DNA of 64,000 nt. Source: an uncultured delta proteobacterium (GTDB lineage: Bacteria > Desulfobacterota > Binatia > Binatales > Binataceae). A program made the position numbers and the translations under genes. Each line of letters opens with the position of its first letter. Positions within the stretch are counted from its first letter, which is position 1. The notes beneath the pieces were generated by a model. It ran no database searches and was not told the DNA's origin. It worked only from the letters and a program-made list of their open reading frames with translations. Shown here piece by piece: positions 60,519-64,000 of this stretch. The stretch is from NCBI GenBank assembly GCA_963761255.1, contig CAVXGH010000001.1, forward strand, positions 345,675-409,674. The letters are read 5' to 3'.

Positions 60519-61930
60519 GCGCCGGGGGTGGGAATCACCTTGCCGGGATTCGAGCGCGCCTCGGGATCGAAGACGCGCCGCAGCTCCGCCATCGCCATCA
60601 GATCGCCGGGTGAGAACAGCAGCGGCATCTCGCCCATTTTCTCGACGCCGATGCCATGCTCGCCGGTCAGGCTGCCGCCCAGCTCGACGCATGCGGTGAG
60701 GATTTCGCGGCCGGCATCGATGGCATGCTGCACCTGACCCGCGATGCGCTCATCATAGAGCACGATCGGATGGATGTTGCCGTCGCCGGCGTGAAAGACG
60801 TTTCCGATCGCGAGGCCGTGACGCTCGCTGACCTGGTTGATCACGCGCAGGATGTCGGGCAGCCGCGTGCGCGGAACGACGCCATCCTGGGTGGCGTAAT
60901 TCGGCGCGAGCCTGCCGACCGCTCCGAAAGCCCGTTTGCGCGCTTTCCAGAGCAGCGCGCGCTCGGCCTCATCGCGGGCGAGCTTCGCTTCACTCACGCC
61001 ACACGCGCGCATCAGTTCGATCGCCGCCGCCGCGCGCTCATCGAGGCCGACTTCGAGGCCATCAAGTTCTACAATCAGTACAGCGCCGGCGTCGGGAGAA
61101 AATCCGACGTGGAACGCCGCCTCGACCGCTTTCAGGATGAGCCGATCCATCATCTCGATGGCGCCGGGAATCATTCCCGAGGCGATGATCTTCGAGACCG
61201 CCGCGGTCGCGTTTTCCACATCGGCGAAAGTCGCGAGGATGGTGCGATGGCCTTCGGGCTCGCGCATCAGCCGCAGCGTCGCCGCCGTGACCATCCCGCA
61301 GGTGCCTTCCGATCCGACCACCGCGCCGACCAGATCGTAGCCGCATCGTTCGTCGACCGGACCGCCGAGCGCGACGATTTCGCCATCGGGGAGAACGACT
61401 TCGAGCCCAAGGACGTGATTAGTGGTGACGCCGTATTTCAATGTATGCGGCCCGCCGGAATTTTCCGCGACGTTGCCGCCGATGGTGCAGGCCTGCTGCG
61501 ATGACGGATCCGGCGGATAGAAGTAGCCATTGGCCTTGACCGCGTTGGTGACGTGAAGATTCACCACCCCGCTTTGCACCTCGACGCGGCGATTGGCGAG
61601 GTCGATCGCGAGGATGCGGTTCATCTTCGAGGTGCAGATCATCACCGGCGCGAGCGGCAGCGCGCCGCCCGAAAGCCCGGTCCCGGCGCCGCGCGGTACG
61701 AAGGGAATTCCGCGCCGATGCAGCGCGCGCAGCACCGCGCTGACCTCCTCGGTCGAATGCGGCATGACGAGCAAATCCGGCGCGCTCTTTTCGATGGTCC
61801 AGCCATCGCATTCGTAGACCTTGAGTTCGCTGGCGCGCGAGACGATCGCGTCGTCGCCGACAATCGCGCGCAACTCCGCGGCGACGTTCGCGCTGATCGC
61901 AAGCCGAGGCGAGGTTCCGTTTCCTTCCAC
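60476..61930 (-). CDS. glcD: Glycolate oxidase subunit GlcD (FAD-linked oxidase)
   Basis: FAD_binding_4 plus FAD-oxidase_C; HSTEEVSAVLRALHRRGIPFVPRGAGTGLSGGALP. Confidence 0.9.
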   Translation of the reverse strand: MEGNGTSPRLAISANVAAELRAIVGDDAIVSRASELKVYECDGWTIEKSAPDLLVMPHSTEEVSAVLRALHRRGIPFVPRGAGTGLSGGALPLAPVMICTSKMNRILAIDLANRRVEVQSGVVNLHVTNAVKANGYFYPPDPSSQQACTIGGNVAENSGGPHTLKYGVTTNHVLGLEVVLPDGEIVALGGPVDERCGYDLVGAVVGSEGTCGMVTAATLRLMREPEGHRTILATFADVENATAAVSKIIASGMIPGAIEMMDRLILKAVEAAFHVGFSPDAGAVLIVELDGLEVGLDERAAAAIELMRACGVSEAKLARDEAERALLWKARKRAFGAVGRLAPNYATQDGVVPRTRLPDILRVINQVSERHGLAIGNVFHAGDGNIHPIVLYDERIAGQVQHAIDAGREILTACVELGGSLTGEHGIGVEKMGEMPLLFSPGDLMAMAELRRVFDPEARSNPGKVIPTPGACVEVTSPRRQIPL

Positions 61931-62023
61931 GCCGACGACTCTAGCATGTTCCGCGATTACGCCATGAAACGCCCGGAGCTTTTTGCGGCGTTTTCAAAGC
62001 GCGTCCGATGGTGGCTAATATGG

Positions 62024-63277
62024 ATGCCTCGATTTCCACAACCGAAAAGAGGTTCTACGTTGGCAACTGCGGCAAATACGTTCCCTGAACTGCGCCCCCC
62101 TAATCGCTTTTTGCTCGGACCTGGTCCGTCCAATGTGCATCCGCGCGTGATGAAGGCGATGCTGTCGCCGGTGCTCGGTCATCTCGATCCGGAGTTCGTC
62201 GGCATCATGGAAGACATCAAGAAGATGCTGCGGCTGGTGTTCCGCACCGCCAACGAGATCACCTTTCCGGTTTCGGGCACTGGTTCCGCGGGCATGGAAT
62301 GCGCGATGGCGAACCTCATCGAGGAGGGCGACGAGGTCGTCATCGGCGTCAACGGCGCGTTCGGCGGCCGGCTCGCCGAGGAGGCGCATCGGATGGGCGC
62401 CAAGGTGCACAAGGTCGAGGCCGAATGGGGCCGTATCGTCGAGCCCGACCAGGTGGCGCAGGTGCTGTCGAAAATCCCGAAGCCGAAGCTGGTCGCGATC
62501 GTGCATTCGGAGACCTCGACCGGGATTCATCAGCCGCTCGTCGAAATTTCGAAGATGACGCATCGCAGCGGCGCGCTGTTGGTAATCGACGCGGTCACCT
62601 CGCTCGGATGCGTGCCACTCGAAGTGGACGAATGGGGCATCGACGCGTGCTACAGCTGCACCCAGAAAGGCCTCGGCGCGCCTCCGGGACTCGCTCCGGT
62701 GACATTCAGTCAACGCGCGATGGAAGCGGTGCGCAAGCGCAAGAGCAAATGCCGCTCCTGGTACCTCGACCTCGGCCTCATCGAGCAGTATTGGGGCCCC
62801 GACCGCCTCTACCATCACACCGCGCCAATCACGATGAACTACGCGATCTACGAGGCGCTGCGCATCGTGCTGGAGGAGGGCCTCGAGGCGCGCTGCCAAC
62901 GCCACCTCGCCAATGCGGGCGCGCTGGTCGCCGGCCTCAAGGGGATGGGCATCGAGCTAGCCGCGCAGGAGGGCCATCGCTTGCCGCAACTTACCGCGCT
63001 CACCATTCCCGACGGCATCAAGGACGCGAAGGTGCGCGAGCGCCTGCTCAAGCTGTTCAACATCGAGATCGGCGCGGGCCTCGGACCGTTCAAGGGCAAG
63101 ATGTGGCGCATCGGCCTGATGGGCGAGGGGTCGCGGCGCGAGAACGTGATGCTGGTGCTTAACGCGCTCGAAGAGATCCTCGGTTCGATGGGGCTGGAGA
63201 TTGCACGGGGGCGGGCGCTTTCGGCGGCCGACAAGGCCTACCAATCGATGGGGTTGGGGGCGGGCGAGCCGCAATAA
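62024..63277 (+). CDS. Class V aminotransferase (alanine-glyoxylate / serine-pyruvate aminotransferase-like)
   Basis: LLGPGPSNV, SGTGSAGME, PLP-Lys region (SCTQKGLGAPPGL); adjacent to glcDEF. Confidence 0.85.
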   Translation: MPRFPQPKRGSTLATAANTFPELRPPNRFLLGPGPSNVHPRVMKAMLSPVLGHLDPEFVGIMEDIKKMLRLVFRTANEITFPVSGTGSAGMECAMANLIEEGDEVVIGVNGAFGGRLAEEAHRMGAKVHKVEAEWGRIVEPDQVAQVLSKIPKPKLVAIVHSETSTGIHQPLVEISKMTHRSGALLVIDAVTSLGCVPLEVDEWGIDACYSCTQKGLGAPPGLAPVTFSQRAMEAVRKRKSKCRSWYLDLGLIEQYWGPDRLYHHTAPITMNYAIYEALRIVLEEGLEARCQRHLANAGALVAGLKGMGIELAAQEGHRLPQLTALTIPDGIKDAKVRERLLKLFNIEIGAGLGPFKGKMWRIGLMGEGSRRENVMLVLNALEEILGSMGLEIARGRALSAADKAYQSMGLGAGEPQ

Positions 63278-63493
63278 AGTTTTACTCCACGCAAGTTGGC
63301 CGGGCTGCTAAGTTAGCGGATAGTCCGCCTGCGGCGGTTTCCGTCGGCCGTCTTTTTGGCAGGAATTCCTACCTTCAGGCTCATTTTCGATGCGCGTTAA
63401 AACTTGTGATGACGCGATAAAGTTGCTAAAAATGCGCTCAAGGTAGCGTTCGCGCGCGGTTCGAAGTCATCCATTTTCGGTGGGGAACACAGA

Positions 63494-64000
63494 GTGAAAA
63501 GGGGTCCTGAGGAGCTTCTCGAGCAAGAGCATCTGTCAGTCAATCATTCCGAAGCAGAAGAGTCATCGAGCCGCAGCCAACCTCGCACGCCAAGCCGGCG
63601 CGCCTTCCTGAAGGGATTTGGGGTCGCGACGATCGCCGGCGCGGTTCCCGCAGTCGCGGCCGCCGCGGCACAGAAGGTGATGCCCGACGTCATTTCCGAT
63701 CTGCATTCGTCGAAGCTCAACATCAACGCGCGTCGCGGCAAGGCCTATCAGAATCGGCTCAAGGCGGCGGCGCAGGATCGCAAGCCGAAAACGCCGCCGA
63801 GCAGCAACAACGGCGACGAGGCAAAATATTCCAACGGCATCGCGAATTTCACCAAGGGTTTTGCGCACGACGACATGGGTATCGTGGATGCGGCGCCCTA
63901 TGCCGCTTATCTCGCCGCGATCCGAAGTGGCAAGCGCCAGGATTTCGACAGCCTGGTGATGGGCGGGACGATTCCGCTGGTCGATCCGCAGGCGGGCCTG
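63494..64000 (+). CDS. Tat-signal secreted protein, 3'-partial (it runs off the window end); function unknown
   Basis: GTG start with GGTGGGGAA RBS; SRRAFLKGFGVATIAGAVPAVAAAAA twin-arginine signal; open to position 64000; not in the ORF track because it has no stop. Confidence 0.5.
   Translation, partial: MKRGPEELLEQEHLSVNHSEAEESSSRSQPRTPSRRAFLKGFGVATIAGAVPAVAAAAAQKVMPDVISDLHSSKLNINARRGKAYQNRLKAAAQDRKPKTPPSSNNGDEAKYSNGIANFTKGFAHDDMGIVDAAPYAAYLAAIRSGKRQDFDSLVMGGTIPLVDPQAGL

Noticed and set aside
1-64000. tRNA/rRNA genes and transposase/integrase genes
   Set aside because: No T-arm-like GTTCGAATC-type motifs, no rRNA-like regions, and no transposase or integrase domains were found in any ORF.

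Overview
This is a high-GC (roughly 63-65%) bacterial chromosomal segment, coding on both strands. I found no rRNA, tRNA, CRISPR array, transposase or integrase. Conserved housekeeping blocks: a stand-alone groEL preceded by a CIRCE-like inverted repeat; ilvN-ilvC without an adjacent ilvB; the rpsB-tsf-pyrH-frr-uppS-cdsA-rseP cluster, which lacks dxr; rho; lrp-gltB-gltD; and glcD-glcE-glcF next to an alanine-glyoxylate-type aminotransferase. Accessory content: a 5'-truncated hybrid sensor kinase; two paralogous Ala-rich Lpp/OprI-like lipoproteins flanking groEL; a trio of an acetoacetate-decarboxylase-family protein, a TPR/GT41 (OGT-like) glycosyltransferase and a zinc-ribbon methyltransferase; a ClC channel; an orphan receiver protein; HicB with an N-terminally degenerate HicA; a DUF2384(Xre-like)-RES toxin-antitoxin pair with a perfect palindromic operator; a TetR-LLM oxidoreductase-amidase group; amidohydrolase, cyclase and a two-domain SagB/ThcOx-like nitroreductase; a sigma-54-type promoter upstream of an APC permease; a PP2C-Ser/Thr kinase-Amt operon; a Tat-signal hemerythrin; and several secreted hydrolases. 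Three oddities stand out. rho and gltB each carry a single-base +1 frameshift. A ~430-bp non-coding block at 21.65-22.08 kb is built from degenerate tandem repeats and palindromic hairpin modules and ends in a terminator-like hairpin. Two AT-rich islands sit in otherwise GC-rich DNA. My best candidate for an undescribed system is the coupled TPR-OGT/zinc-ribbon methyltransferase/ADC-like module, with the repeat-hairpin block just upstream, but I cannot name its function. I could run no database search or structure prediction. Motif coordinates that I counted by hand (those marked approximate or with ~) may be off by 1-2 nt.
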